Shown: positions 19,241 to 31,106, numbered from the stretch's first letter. The stretch: DNA of 64,000 nt from an uncultured Pleurocapsa sp. (GCA_964614405.1 CAZTLS010000012.1:1678-65677), one strand, 5' to 3'. Made by a program: numbers and translations. Notes: generated from the sequence alone by a model not told the origin.

Positions 19241-19308
19241 GCGCGCGCCCTTTCTATCGATTGCAGACGGTGTGTGAGAACTTCTATTTTAGCACAAAAT
19301 TGTCGTTT

Positions 19309-19336
19309 TTGCAGCGCCCGATTTGTGCGTTATACT
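19309..19336 (+). promoter_or_regulatory. Putative sigma70-type promoter for the small lasso-like ORF
   Basis: TTGCAG-16 nt-TATACT about 30 nt upstream of the ATG at 19366. Confidence 0.55.
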
Positions 19337-19365
19337 GTTCGCAATATTCTGTGCCACCGAAAGCG

Positions 19366-19551
19366 ATGATGATGAATGATGTATCTTCTGCACCCAGGCA
19401 GGACGAAGTACGACGCATGTGGCACAGCCCGGAACTGGTTGACCTGAGTACACGCGAGACGCAGGGCGGCAGGGTGCTGGGCGCGGTGGAAGGCTCTCCC
19501 ACGCCGGGGCTGGACTTTTCCTATAATCCCAGCCCACCAACGGGAAGCTGA
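19366..19551 (+). CDS. Putative lasso peptide (paeninodin-type) precursor, 61 aa
   Basis: Leader W(-15)xxP(-12)xL(-10)xxL(-7)xxxxT(-2); core starts with G, has Glu9 and ends in Ser; flanked by a promoter and terminator. Confidence 0.7.
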   Translation: MMMNDVSSAPRQDEVRRMWHSPELVDLSTRETQGGRVLGAVEGSPTPGLDFSYNPSPPTGS

Positions 19552-19564
19552 GCAGCGCGCAATG

Positions 19565-19594
19565 AAAAAACGCCCGGCAAACTGCCGGGCGTTT
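19565..19594. terminator. Intrinsic terminator between the peptide ORF and the cold-shock gene
   Basis: AAACGCCCGGCA-AAC-TGCCGGGCGTTT perfect hairpin with an A6 tract. Confidence 0.85.
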
Positions 19595-19621
19595 CAGAAT
19601 GCGTTGTGTGGGAAGGGGAAT

Positions 19622-19834
19622 TTACTGGTTGACCAGCGTGACCGCCGAAGCCTGCTTGCCCTTCTTGCCATCGGTGATCTCGAATTCCACCTTGTCGCCC
19701 TCATTCAGCGAACGGAAACCCTTCGCCTGAATTTCGGAGTAGTGGACGAACAGATCGGGACCGTTTTCCTGGGTGATGAAGCCGTAGCCCTTCTCACTGT
19801 TGAACCACTTGACCGTACCGCGAGTGCGTGCCAT
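19622..19834 (-). CDS. Cold-shock protein (CspA family)
   Basis: [39 protein letters not shown]. Confidence 0.97.
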   Translation of the reverse strand: MARTRGTVKWFNSEKGYGFITQENGPDLFVHYSEIQAKGFRSLNEGDKVEFEITDGKKGKQASAVTLVNQ

Positions 19835-20215
19835 GCTGTGTATCTCCTGAAAAGTGAAGATTTGCTGCTGGTTTTGCTTCTAGCCGGGGCACCACACCTT
19901 CCAACTTTCAGGAGGGTATTGCGGTCTTGCTATCCACCATGGCTAAATCGACATCCAACCACTATGTCGATGTGGTGAAGACACCATGTCTTGCGTATCC
20001 CACATTGCACTTCTATGGTAGGACATATCATGAAAAATGTCCAGATGCTTTGAGCAGAGATCATCGATCCTTAAAATATCGGCGCAGCGCTGAAAAAGCG
20101 GGGATGCAGCCACCCGCCGGGTATTCATTTTCCGCCCGGCGCGGTGGTGATTTTTTGGTACACTTGCGCGCATGATGATCATCAACTCTTTCAACCCATG
20201 AAACGGCAGGCAACC

Positions 20216-21232
20216 ATGACGAAAAAAGGACGCATCCTCACCGGGGATCGCCCTACGGGGCGGATGCACCTGGGGCATTACGTGGGCACGCTGGCGAACC
20301 GCGTGCGGCTTCAGGATGATTACGACTGCTTCTTCATTGTGGCGGACGTGCATACCCTGACCACCCGCCCCGAACGCGAGTCGATCCTTCAGGTGGGCGA
20401 CAACATCCGCCAGATGGTGCTGGATTACCTCAGCGTCGGTATCGACCCGGACAGAAGCACCATCTTCGTGCAGTCCGCCGTCACCGAGACGTATGAACTC
20501 AACCTGATCTTTGAGATGCTGATTAGCGTGGCGCGGCTGGAGCGCGTGCCGAGCCTGAAAGAGATGGCGAACGCCGCCAATATGGAGTCGATGCCGTTCG
20601 GTCTGCTCGGCTACCCCGTCCTGCAGGCGGCGGACATCCTGCTGCCGCGCGCCAACCTCGTCCCGGTGGGCAAGGACAACGAGTCGCACATCGAGGTCTC
20701 GCGCGAGATCGCCAGGCGCTTCAACGGGCTGTACGGCGACGTGTTCCCGATCCCGGATGTGCTGATCGGCGATGTGCCGACGCTGGTGGGCACAGACGGG
20801 CAGGCGAAGATGAGCAAATCGCTGAACAACGGCATCTTCCTGAGCGACGACGCCAGAACGGTGACCGAGAAGGTGCGCGGTATGTATACCGACCCGAACC
20901 GCATCCGCGCCGACATTCCTGGGCGCGTCGAGGGCAACCCGGTCTTCATCTACCACGATGCCTTCAACCCGAACGTCGATGAAGTGAACGACCTGAAAGA
21001 CCGCTACCAGCGCGGCGCGGTCGGCGATGTCGAGGTCAAGAAGAAGCTGGCAGCAGCGATCAACGCCTTCCTCGAACCGATGCGCGAGCGGCGCGCCCGC
21101 TATGAGGCACAGCCGGGGATCGTCGAGGATATTCTGGTCGCCGGGACGGAGCGCGCACAGGCGATCGCCCGTGAGACGATGGCGATGGTGCGCGATGCGA
21201 TGGGGTTGTATCGCCTGCCCACGCGCGGGTAA
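20216..21232 (+). CDS. trpS: Tryptophanyl-tRNA synthetase
   Basis: [14 protein letters not shown] (HIGH-like), [22 protein letters not shown]. Confidence 0.97.
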   Translation: MTKKGRILTGDRPTGRMHLGHYVGTLANRVRLQDDYDCFFIVADVHTLTTRPERESILQVGDNIRQMVLDYLSVGIDPDRSTIFVQSAVTETYELNLIFEMLISVARLERVPSLKEMANAANMESMPFGLLGYPVLQAADILLPRANLVPVGKDNESHIEVSREIARRFNGLYGDVFPIPDVLIGDVPTLVGTDGQAKMSKSLNNGIFLSDDARTVTEKVRGMYTDPNRIRADIPGRVEGNPVFIYHDAFNPNVDEVNDLKDRYQRGAVGDVEVKKKLAAAINAFLEPMRERRARYEAQPGIVEDILVAGTERAQAIARETMAMVRDAMGLYRLPTRG

Positions 21233-21471
21233 CCCGATCATTCCCGGATGTGGACGCGGGGGCGTGACGGTTTGCGTCCCCGCCCTGACCGCGCCGCCAT
21301 TCCCCCCACGCGCCACCCTCTTTACAGACTGTGTTATAATGACAAAAGCAGAAGCCGGCTTTGCGCTGTGCTTGAAAATTGCCCCCAAAATTCTTCTTTT
21401 CGACCGTTTAACGTATTCACGAGAAAGGATAACGGCTGGCACGGCGGCTTTGCCGTTCCAGAAAAAAACAT

Positions 21472-23139
21472 ATGGCAAAGAAATCAGCGACCAAACTCCG
21501 CATCATCCCGCTGGGCGGGTGTGGAGAGATCGGCAAGAACATGACGGTGATCGAATATGGCGGCGACGCCGTGATCATCGACACCGGAATTATGTTCCCC
21601 TCTAACGACATGCTCGGCGTCGATTACATCATCCCCGACTTCCGCTACCTCCTCGAACGACGCGACCTGAAAATTCACGGCATCCTCTACACACACGGGC
21701 ACGAAGACCACACCGGCGCGGTGGCACACGTCATCGAGTCGCTGCACGGCATCCCGATCCACGCCACGCCGATGACCGCTGCCCTGCTGGAGGTCAAGCT
21801 GCGCGATGCGCGGCTGCTGGGCGAAACACAGCTCAATATCTTCAAGCCGGGTGCGGATTTTCAGGTCGGTCCGTTCCGCGTCGAGAGCTTCCACGTCACG
21901 CACAGCATCCCGGACTGCGTCGGCTTTGGCATCACCACGCCGCACGGCTTGATCGTGCATACCGGCGATTACAAGTTCGACCACACGCCGATCGACGGCA
22001 AGCGCACCGACTATGCCAAACTCGCCGAATTTTCGCGGCGGGGCGTGCTGCTGATGATGGGCGACAGCACCAATTCCGAACGCGCAGGCTGGACGCAGTC
22101 TGAGCAGGTGGTGGCGAAAGCGTTCGATGATATCTTCCGCAAGGCGACCGGGCGCATCATCGTCGCCACCTTCGCCTCGCACATCGCCCGCGTGCAGCAG
22201 GTGGCGCTGCTGGCCAAGCGCTATGGGCGCAGGCTGGCGATCGCCGGGCACAGCATGACGGAGAACGTCAAGACGGCGCGGCGGCTGGGCGTGCTGGAGA
22301 TTGATGAAGACACTCTGGTTGACCTGACGCGCATCAACAGCGTGCCCCCGCACGAGCTGACGATCATGGCGACCGGGTCGCAGGGGGAACCGTCGGCGGT
22401 GCTGGGTCGGCTGGCGCGTGGGCAGCATCGCAGTCTCGATGTCATTCCTGGCGACACGATCGTCGTCTCGGCGCACACCATCCCCGGTAACGAGGAAGAG
22501 GTCAGTCACACGATCAACAAGCTCTTCCAGCGCGGTGCCGAAGTGATCTACGACTCGATCGCCCCGGTGCATGTCTCCGGGCACGCCTGCCAGGATGAGA
22601 TGAAGCTGATGATGAGCCTGGTGCAGCCGAAATTCTTCATCCCTGTGCATGGCGAACTGCGCCATCTGAAGACGAACGCCTCACTCGCCACGCAGATGGG
22701 CATCCCCGCCGCCAACATCGCGGTGGTCGAGAACGGCACGATCGTCGAGGTAGACAAGACGAGCATCCGCGTGGGCGAACGCATCCCAGGCGGCTATGTC
22801 TTCGTCGATGGCAGCGGTGTGGGCGACATCGGGCGCACCGTCATCCGCGACCGGGAGATTCTGGCGCGCGACGGCTTCATCATGGTGGTCGTCAATGTCG
22901 ATTCCGGCACGGGCAGGATCATCGGCGAACCGGAGATCATCTCGCGCGGGTTCGTCTATCTGAAAGATGCCGATCGGCTGATCGCCAGCATCCGCCAGAC
23001 GATCGCCGAGACGCTGATGAACGCCCGCGCCTCGCGCAATGGCAAGCGCCGCGAGATGGTGCAGGAAGCGCTGGGCAAGCTGCTCTTCAACGAGACGAAG
23101 CGCCGCCCGATGGTCTTCACCGTCATCAACGAGCGCTGA
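21472..23139 (+). CDS. rnj: Ribonuclease J
   Basis: PLGGCGEIGKNM, THGHEDH, HSIPD, HTGDYKFD, GSQGEP, HVSGHA, PVHGELRH. Confidence 0.97.
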   Translation: MAKKSATKLRIIPLGGCGEIGKNMTVIEYGGDAVIIDTGIMFPSNDMLGVDYIIPDFRYLLERRDLKIHGILYTHGHEDHTGAVAHVIESLHGIPIHATPMTAALLEVKLRDARLLGETQLNIFKPGADFQVGPFRVESFHVTHSIPDCVGFGITTPHGLIVHTGDYKFDHTPIDGKRTDYAKLAEFSRRGVLLMMGDSTNSERAGWTQSEQVVAKAFDDIFRKATGRIIVATFASHIARVQQVALLAKRYGRRLAIAGHSMTENVKTARRLGVLEIDEDTLVDLTRINSVPPHELTIMATGSQGEPSAVLGRLARGQHRSLDVIPGDTIVVSAHTIPGNEEEVSHTINKLFQRGAEVIYDSIAPVHVSGHACQDEMKLMMSLVQPKFFIPVHGELRHLKTNASLATQMGIPAANIAVVENGTIVEVDKTSIRVGERIPGGYVFVDGSGVGDIGRTVIRDREILARDGFIMVVVNVDSGTGRIIGEPEIISRGFVYLKDADRLIASIRQTIAETLMNARASRNGKRREMVQEALGKLLFNETKRRPMVFTVINER

Positions 23140-23152
23140 TCAGCGCCATCCC

Positions 23153-24316
23153 ATGACTGACCGCCCCATCCGCGTGCTGCGGATCATCGCCCGGCTGAAC
23201 GTCGGCGGTCCGGCGCTGCACGTCGCCCTGCTCACCCAGCACCTCAATCCGCCGCTCTCCCCCGCCTACCAGTCGATGCTGGTGGCGGGGCAGGTGGGGG
23301 CAGACGAGGGCGACATGACCTGGTACGCCGAGTCGCTGGGCGTCACGCCGACCATCCTGCCCGATCTGGGGCGCGCGCTGCACCCGCTGCGCGATCTGCG
23401 CGTCATCGCCGCACTCGTCCGCCTGATGCGCCGGTTCAAGCCGGATGTGGTGCATACGCACACCGCCAAAGCGGGGTTCGTCGGGCGGGTAGCGGCGCGC
23501 CTTGCCGGGGTTCCGGCGGTGGTGCATACCTATCACGGGCATGTCTTTCGCGGCTACTTCTCCCCGCTCATGACGCGCGTCTTCCTGACGCTCGAACGGC
23601 TGACCGGGCGCATGACCGACGCCGTGATCACCCTGACGGACGGGCTGGCGCGGGAGATCGCCGACGATTTTCGCGTCGTGCCGCGCAGCCGCATCACCGT
23701 CGTCAGCCTGGGTTTAGACCTGGCGCGTTTCACGCAGACGCCGCGCCACGCCGGGGCATTCCGCGCTGCGCACGGCATTCCGCCGGGCGTCCCGCTCGTC
23801 GGCATCGTCGGGCGGCTCGTGCCGGTCAAAAATCACACCCTTTTTCTGGAAGCGGCAGCACGCCTGCGCCAGAGCGGGGGGGATTACCGTTTCGTGATCG
23901 TCGGCGACGGCGAGATGCGCCAGGCGATCGAGGCGCAGATCGCCGCGCTCGGTCTGGCGGGCTGCACGGTCATCACCGGATGGACGCGCGACCTCGCCCC
24001 GGTCTACAGCGACCTCGATGTCATGGCGCTCACCAGCGTCAACGAAGGGACGCCCGTCACGATCATCGAGGCGCTGGCGGCGGGCTGCCCGGTGGCATCC
24101 ACTGCGGTCGGCGGTGTGCCTGACCTGCTGGAGGGCGGGGCGCTGGGCGCGCTCGCCCCTTCCGGTGACCCGGACGCGGTGGCAGCGGCGATCGCCCGCG
24201 CGCTGACTACCCCGCCCGACCCGGAGCCGATCCGCGCGCGCATTGCCGCGCAGTACAGCATTGAACGGCTGGCGCGCGATCTCGACGAGGTGTATCGGCG
24301 GGCGCTGGGGCGCTGA
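23153..24316 (+). CDS. Glycosyltransferase family 4
   Basis: IIARLNVGGPA, HTHTAKAG, GRLVPVKNH, NEGTPVTIIEALAAG. Confidence 0.92.
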   Translation: MTDRPIRVLRIIARLNVGGPALHVALLTQHLNPPLSPAYQSMLVAGQVGADEGDMTWYAESLGVTPTILPDLGRALHPLRDLRVIAALVRLMRRFKPDVVHTHTAKAGFVGRVAARLAGVPAVVHTYHGHVFRGYFSPLMTRVFLTLERLTGRMTDAVITLTDGLAREIADDFRVVPRSRITVVSLGLDLARFTQTPRHAGAFRAAHGIPPGVPLVGIVGRLVPVKNHTLFLEAAARLRQSGGDYRFVIVGDGEMRQAIEAQIAALGLAGCTVITGWTRDLAPVYSDLDVMALTSVNEGTPVTIIEALAAGCPVASTAVGGVPDLLEGGALGALAPSGDPDAVAAAIARALTTPPDPEPIRARIAAQYSIERLARDLDEVYRRALGR

Positions 24317-24361
24317 CCAGAGTGTGTCTGCAAACTCGTTTCTGACATATGTTTGCCACCA

Positions 24362-24441
24362 ACCTCACCCCGGAAACCTGGCGGTTTCCTGCCCCTCTCC
24401 ATCGGTGAGGGGCGGTTGAGCGCAGCGAAACGGGGTGAGGT
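24362..24441. repeat. 80-bp palindromic intergenic repeat (REP/MITE-like), copy 1
   Basis: ACCTCACCCC...GGGGTGAGGT terminal inverted repeats and internal hairpins; reverse complement of the copies at 35757 and 45127. Confidence 0.9.
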
Positions 24442-24462
24442 CGGAGCATTTGCAGACGGACC

Positions 24463-26337
24463 TTAGCGCACGCGCACCGCCTCGATGATCTGCGCCGCCA
24501 GGTCATAGCGCCCGAACGCCGGGATGATGTACGCCCCGCGCACATGCTGGCGGATGGCGAGCAGCATCTCGGTGGCGATCCGCACGCCCTCGGCGGGTGC
24601 GTCATCGCCCGCGTCTTCGATGCGCTTCAGCACCGCCTGCGGGATGCTGATGCCAGGCACTTCGTTGTTCAGGAACGTGGCATGGCGCAGGCTGTAGAGT
24701 GGCATGACGCCGAGCAGGACGGGCAGGCGCAGCGCTTCCCCGGTGATCGCCTGATAGCGCGCCAGAAATGCCTCGACCCTGCCAGGCTCGAACACCGGCT
24801 GCCCCAGTGCGAAGTCCGCCCCGGCGTCGATCTTCTTCCGCAGCACGTCGATCTCCTTGTCCGGGTCGTCCGCGCCCATGTTGAGCGCACAGCCGATCGT
24901 GAAGCTGGTCGGCTGCCCGATCGAGTTGCCCGCCTGATCGACGCCCTGATTGAGGCGGTGCTTGATCAGCCGGATCAAACCGGACGGCACGATGTCGTAC
25001 TGATCCATCGCTTCGGGGTAATCGCCGATGCGCGTCGGATCGCCCATGACCACGAACACGTTGCGGATGCTCAGCGCGTGCGCGCCCAGCAGGTCGCCCT
25101 GCACGCGCAGCATGTTGCGCCCGCGCACCGGGAAGTGCAGGATCGTCTCCAGCCCCAGCCGATTTTGCAGCACGCTGCACGCCGCCCAGGGGCTGACGCG
25201 CATCCGCGCCGTCGGGCTGTCGGCGATGTTCAGCACGTCCGCCCCGGCATCGCGCAGCAGCGACGCCGAGTCGATCATGCGGTCGAGATTGTGCGAGCGG
25301 GGCGGGTTCATCTCGACGCTGAACAGGAAGCCGCTTTCGGCGCTCAGCCTGTTCGCCAGTTCAGACGGGCGTTCCGGCGCGGCGTCTTCGCCGCTGACCA
25401 CGCGGATGCTCACCTGAGGCAGCGGGGGCAGCGGGCGCGCCGGGTCATCGATGGCGGCGCGCATGGCGGCGATGTGATCGGGCGTCGTGCCGCAGCACCC
25501 GCCGACCACGCACGCGCCGATCGCCCGGAAGAGCAGGGCGTTGTCGGCAAAATAGTCGGTCGTCGCCGGATACATGGTGCGTCCGCCGACGGTGTAGGGG
25601 AAGCCGGCATTGGGCATGGCGGAGAAGCGTGCGCCCGGCGCGGCTTCGCGCATTTGCAGCAGCACGCGCGCGATCTGCGCCGGACCGCCCGAACAGTTGA
25701 CGCCGACCACGTCCGCGCCCGCCTCCAGCAGCCGCCGTGCCACCGCGCCCGGCAGGTGACCGGAGACGGTGCGGTCGTCGCGGGTGAAGGTCATGTGGGC
25801 GATGATCGGCGTGCCTGGTGCAGCGGCGCGCGCCGCTTCGACGCCGGCGACGATCTCGTCCAGCGAGGTGAACGTCTCGAAGAGCAGCACATCCACCCCA
25901 CTGCCGACGAGCGCGCGAATCTGTTCGTCGAAGATGGCGTGCGCGTCTTCCGGCTTCAGCCGACCATACGGCTGGATGCCCGCACCGAGCGGACCGATCG
26001 CTCCGGCGATGTACACCCGGTCGGCGGCGCGGGCAGCGGCGATGGCAGCACGGGCGCGCGCCACGCCCGCCGCGTTGATCGCCGCGACCTGATCCTCCAG
26101 ACCGTGTTCTTCCAGGCGCAGGCGGTTCGCGCCGAAGGTGTTGGTCTCGATCAGTTCCGCCCCGGCGTCGATGTAGTCGCGGTGCAGCGACTCGATCAGT
26201 TCCGGTTTGGTCAGGTTCTGGGCGTCGAAGCAGGAATCGAGCGCCGCGCCGTGCGCGTGCAGCAGCGTGCCCATCGCGCCATCGGCAAGCAGGGGCGAGT
26301 CATCCTTCAGCCTGGTGAGGAAGGGGATTGCGGGCAT
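24463..26337 (-). CDS. yitJ: Bifunctional homocysteine S-methyltransferase / methylenetetrahydrofolate reductase (YitJ-like)
   Basis: DGAMGT, ETNTFGAN, GVNC, PNAG, GGCCGTTP, followed by MTHFR domain (NIADSP, RGRN, GDP). Confidence 0.92.
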   Translation of the reverse strand: MPAIPFLTRLKDDSPLLADGAMGTLLHAHGAALDSCFDAQNLTKPELIESLHRDYIDAGAELIETNTFGANRLRLEEHGLEDQVAAINAAGVARARAAIAAARAADRVYIAGAIGPLGAGIQPYGRLKPEDAHAIFDEQIRALVGSGVDVLLFETFTSLDEIVAGVEAARAAAPGTPIIAHMTFTRDDRTVSGHLPGAVARRLLEAGADVVGVNCSGGPAQIARVLLQMREAAPGARFSAMPNAGFPYTVGGRTMYPATTDYFADNALLFRAIGACVVGGCCGTTPDHIAAMRAAIDDPARPLPPLPQVSIRVVSGEDAAPERPSELANRLSAESGFLFSVEMNPPRSHNLDRMIDSASLLRDAGADVLNIADSPTARMRVSPWAACSVLQNRLGLETILHFPVRGRNMLRVQGDLLGAHALSIRNVFVVMGDPTRIGDYPEAMDQYDIVPSGLIRLIKHRLNQGVDQAGNSIGQPTSFTIGCALNMGADDPDKEIDVLRKKIDAGADFALGQPVFEPGRVEAFLARYQAITGEALRLPVLLGVMPLYSLRHATFLNNEVPGISIPQAVLKRIEDAGDDAPAEGVRIATEMLLAIRQHVRGAYIIPAFGRYDLAAQIIEAVRVR

Positions 26338-26465
26338 GGAACGTTCAGCCTTTGTCAGTGATGGTCAGGACGAGATGCGAAAAAGGGGTGATGCAGAGGG
26401 GGGAAGGCGGCGCGGGTGCTGCCTGCTTCCCCGCGCCGCCCGATGTACCGCATGTGTACCGCAGA

Positions 26466-27110
26466 TCAGGTGACGGGTTCCTTGTAGATGATGAAGCGCG
26501 CCATATCATCGCCTTTGGCGATGCAGGTGGACATATCGACGCGGAATTCACGCCCGCCCGATACCCACTTCAAGCCTTCCATCAGCAGCCCCTGCCCCAT
26601 ATAGCAGACGGGCTTGTCGGTGGTGCGCCCAAAGCACAGCACGCACTTGCGCTCCATGGTGTAGATGATGCGGTCGTCGCCTTCTTCATGCACGTTGCTG
26701 ATCTGGTCGGAGAAGTTGTTGAAGATGTTCGCCAGCGCCGGCAGCCCGACGCGCAGCTTGGCATTGAGGGGGAGGATGCGGCACGCCAGGTCGCCTGCGC
26801 CCGCCAGCGCGCCGAACGAGCGCAGCCCGCCCGCGAACAGCTTGCGCCCGGCGCGCAGCGCCATCGCGCGCCCACCGCGCGGACCGAACATGTCTTCCAG
26901 GGCGATATTCAGGGCGGTGAACTCGGCAAAGTCGAACTTTTTCTCCAGGTCATCGGGCGGCAGCGCATCGATGTACTGCGGCAGCTTCGCCATGTTCAGC
27001 AGGGTGTTCAGCCCGTTGCGCCCCATGATCTCTTCCATCGCTTCCATGGTGATGCGGGCGAACTTGTTGGGATAGTACAAACCGCTCAGCACGCGCTCTG
27101 TGTCTGCCAT
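26466..27110 (-). CDS. V4R (4-vinyl reductase) domain protein
   Basis: YYPNKFAR, GRNGLNTLL, GPRGGR..ALRAGR, CVLC..PVC..W.SGG..TCIAKG. Confidence 0.85.
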   Translation of the reverse strand: MADTERVLSGLYYPNKFARITMEAMEEIMGRNGLNTLLNMAKLPQYIDALPPDDLEKKFDFAEFTALNIALEDMFGPRGGRAMALRAGRKLFAGGLRSFGALAGAGDLACRILPLNAKLRVGLPALANIFNNFSDQISNVHEEGDDRIIYTMERKCVLCFGRTTDKPVCYMGQGLLMEGLKWVSGGREFRVDMSTCIAKGDDMARFIIYKEPVT

Positions 27111-27153
27111 CGAGTGTCCTTTCAAGAATCTGGGCGCTTTTCAGATATCCGTC

Positions 27154-28530
27154 TCAGCCCGCCATCACAATCAGCGGCGCGTCGGCATGTTCGGCGCGCG
27201 GAAGCCGCCCCTGCAAACTCCAGGGACCCGTCCAGGCGATCTCCACCTCGACCAGCTCACCGCGCCGATCCTGCACATCCTCAAAAAAGACCAGCTTGTT
27301 CTGAGGGGTGCGCCCGCGCCATTTTCCCTTGTGTTCATCCTCGACCAATACCTGAACCCGCTTCCCCAGGTACTGCCGGTTCTTCTCCGCCAGCACCCGT
27401 TCCTGAAGGGCGTTGAGGCGGTCGAAGCGTTCCTTTTTCACTTCTTCCGGCACATCATCGGGCATACGGCGCGCGCTGACGGTGTTGGGGCGCGGGCTGT
27501 AGCGTGCCAGATGCACCTTGTCCAGCTTCAGTTCTTCCAGCAGGTCATATGTCCCCTGAAACTGCGCGTCCGTCTCTCCACAGAAGCCGACGATGATGTC
27601 GGTATGGATCGCCACATCCGGGATGCGCGCCCGGATGTTGGCGACGAGCGCCCGATACTGCTCTACAGTATACCCGCGTTTCATGCGTTCCAACACCACA
27701 TCATCGCCCGCCTGCACCGGGACCTCGATCTGCGGCATGATGCGCGGCAGCTCCGCCACCGTGTCGAGCAGCTTGTCGCTCATCCAGTTGGGGTGGCTGG
27801 TCAGGAAGCGGATGCGTTCCAGCCCGGTTTCCTCAGCAGTGCGATGCAGCACCCGCAGCAGGTCTGCCAGGTCGGGTCCGTCGGGGATGTCCATGCCATA
27901 GCGATCGACGATCTGCCCCAGCAGGGTGACTTCCTTCACCCCCTGTGCCGCCAGGCTGCGGACGTGGTTGACGATCTCGCCGACGCTGCGGCTGCGTTCG
28001 ACGCCGCGCCGGAAGGGGATGATGCAGAACGAGCAGGCGTGCGAGCAGCCGTACACGACCGGCACATGCGCGCTGATCAGGCTGCCCTGCTCGTGGGCGG
28101 GCAGCAGCAGTTCGCCGTCCTGAAGCCGATCGCGCCGTTCACGGGCTGTCTCTTCCAGCGCCATCACCTCGGCTTCACTGAGGCGGGTTTTGAGAAAATC
28201 GACCATCGCTGCCGGGTCGGAAGGGGGCATGAACACATCGACATACGGCAGGCGCTGGCGCAGCGCCAGCGGGTCGCGCACGCCGACCAGACACCCCATC
28301 ACGCCGATCACCTTGTCCGGCTGCTGGCGCTTGATGTCGTTGAGCATCGCCAGCCGCCCGAACGCCTTGTCTTCCGCCTGCTGGCGCACCACACAGGTGT
28401 TGACGACGTAGATGTCGGCATCTTCCGGCACAGCCGCCGCCTGATAGCCCATGCGCTCCAGTTCGGAGGCGAGAAGCTGCGAGTCGGCGGTATTCATTTG
28501 ACAACCGAGAGTCCAGATATGGTACTGCAT
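27154..28530 (-). CDS. miaB: tRNA-2-methylthio-N6-dimethylallyladenosine synthase
   Basis: TLGCQMN, NTCVVR, radical SAM GCSHACSFC, RIRFLTSHP, TDIIVGF, YSPRPNT, TRAM domain. Confidence 0.95.
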   Translation of the reverse strand: MQYHIWTLGCQMNTADSQLLASELERMGYQAAAVPEDADIYVVNTCVVRQQAEDKAFGRLAMLNDIKRQQPDKVIGVMGCLVGVRDPLALRQRLPYVDVFMPPSDPAAMVDFLKTRLSEAEVMALEETARERRDRLQDGELLLPAHEQGSLISAHVPVVYGCSHACSFCIIPFRRGVERSRSVGEIVNHVRSLAAQGVKEVTLLGQIVDRYGMDIPDGPDLADLLRVLHRTAEETGLERIRFLTSHPNWMSDKLLDTVAELPRIMPQIEVPVQAGDDVVLERMKRGYTVEQYRALVANIRARIPDVAIHTDIIVGFCGETDAQFQGTYDLLEELKLDKVHLARYSPRPNTVSARRMPDDVPEEVKKERFDRLNALQERVLAEKNRQYLGKRVQVLVEDEHKGKWRGRTPQNKLVFFEDVQDRRGELVEVEIAWTGPWSLQGRLPRAEHADAPLIVMAG

Positions 28531-28666
28531 GATGTGCGTTATGCCGTCTGAGTCGATCACCTGTCACTAGTATGGTATTGTAGCGATCAGCAGGGCAAGC
28601 GTCAATCACGCAACGGCGTGCGTGAACGTGACAGGACGACCTGCCGGATCGTCCTGTCGCCGGGCG

Positions 28667-30214
<1,548 letters not shown>

Positions 30215-30216
30215 GA

Positions 30217-30696
30217 TCAGGCGATCGCCTTGATCTTGAAGCGAATCTCACCTGAGGGGGCGTGAACCGTCACCTCTTCACCGACCTTTGCGCCCAGCAG
30301 CGCCTTGCCCAGCGGGCTTTCCACACTGATCTTGCCGAGGTCAGGGTTGGCTTCAGCGGAACCGACGAGGTGATACATCTCTTTCTCTTTCCTACCATGT
30401 TCGACGACGGTCACTTTCGAGCCGAGGATGACCGTCTCTTTCTTGCCCTTGCCAGCGGGTTCGATGATCTGGGCGGAACGCAGGATCGTCTCCAGGCGGA
30501 TGATCTCGCCTTCGACGAAAGCCTGTTCATTTTTGGCATCTTCGTATTCAGCATTTTCGCTGAGATCACCGCCTTCTTCCATCGCGGCGCGCAGACGCTC
30601 CGCGATCAGCGGACGGCGCACCTCGGTCAGTTCTTTCAGGCGGGCTTCAATATCCTTCATGCCTTCCGGGGTGAGATACTGCGGCTGTTGTGCCAT
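30217..30696 (-). CDS. greA: Transcription elongation factor GreA
   Basis: GDLSENAEYEDAKNEQ, GKISVESPLGKALLG. Confidence 0.96.
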   Translation of the reverse strand: MAQQPQYLTPEGMKDIEARLKELTEVRRPLIAERLRAAMEEGGDLSENAEYEDAKNEQAFVEGEIIRLETILRSAQIIEPAGKGKKETVILGSKVTVVEHGRKEKEMYHLVGSAEANPDLGKISVESPLGKALLGAKVGEEVTVHAPSGEIRFKIKAIA

Positions 30697-30940
30697 ACCG
30701 ACCTTCTGCTCCTCACGACAAAACCTGTTCTGAAAAAATGCGCGCCGCCCACGCACGCCCTGTTCTGCATTCCCGTCACAAAATCAGAAAGACACAGCGA
30801 TAAGCCTCGGCTGTGTCTGAGTGGGGCGCGCTTCACGCGGTGACATTTTATACCTCTGAATTATAGCGCTTTCAGGGTGGGCTGTAAAGAAACCGGGGTT
30901 GATCGTCCCTGTTGTGTCTGCTACACTCATCCAGCATTCA

Positions 30941-31014
30941 CGGGGCGTAGCGCAGCTTGGTAGCGCGCAGTGTTCGGGTCACTGAGGTCGTGGGTTCAAA
31001 TCCCGCCGCCCCGA
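30941..31014 (+). tRNA. tRNA-Pro(CGG)
   Basis: Cloverleaf with CGGGGCG acceptor, anticodon stem CAGTG/CACTG and loop TTCGGGT, T-loop TTCAAAT; CCA not encoded. Confidence 0.96.
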
Positions 31015-31036
31015 CAACCAGTCAGCTTTAATCTGC

Positions 31037-31070
31037 AAAACCCCTCAAACCATCCGGCTGAGGGGTTTTT
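31037..31070 (+). terminator. Intrinsic terminator after tRNA-Pro
   Basis: AAAACCCCTCA...TGAGGGGTTTTT. Confidence 0.8.
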
Positions 31071-31106
31071 CAATATTCCCAGAATGGAGAACGGGAGCGG
31101 CTGCGC

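Noticed and set aside
19981-20215. T-box riboswitch upstream of trpS
   Set aside because: There is no T-box consensus (GGTGG-N-ACCGCG) or specifier loop; a TG-G-TACACT extended -10 close to the start suggests a short leader.
26338-26465. SAM riboswitch upstream of yitJ
   Set aside because: No SAM-I core motifs; the GC hairpin there is better explained as the terminator of the V4R gene.
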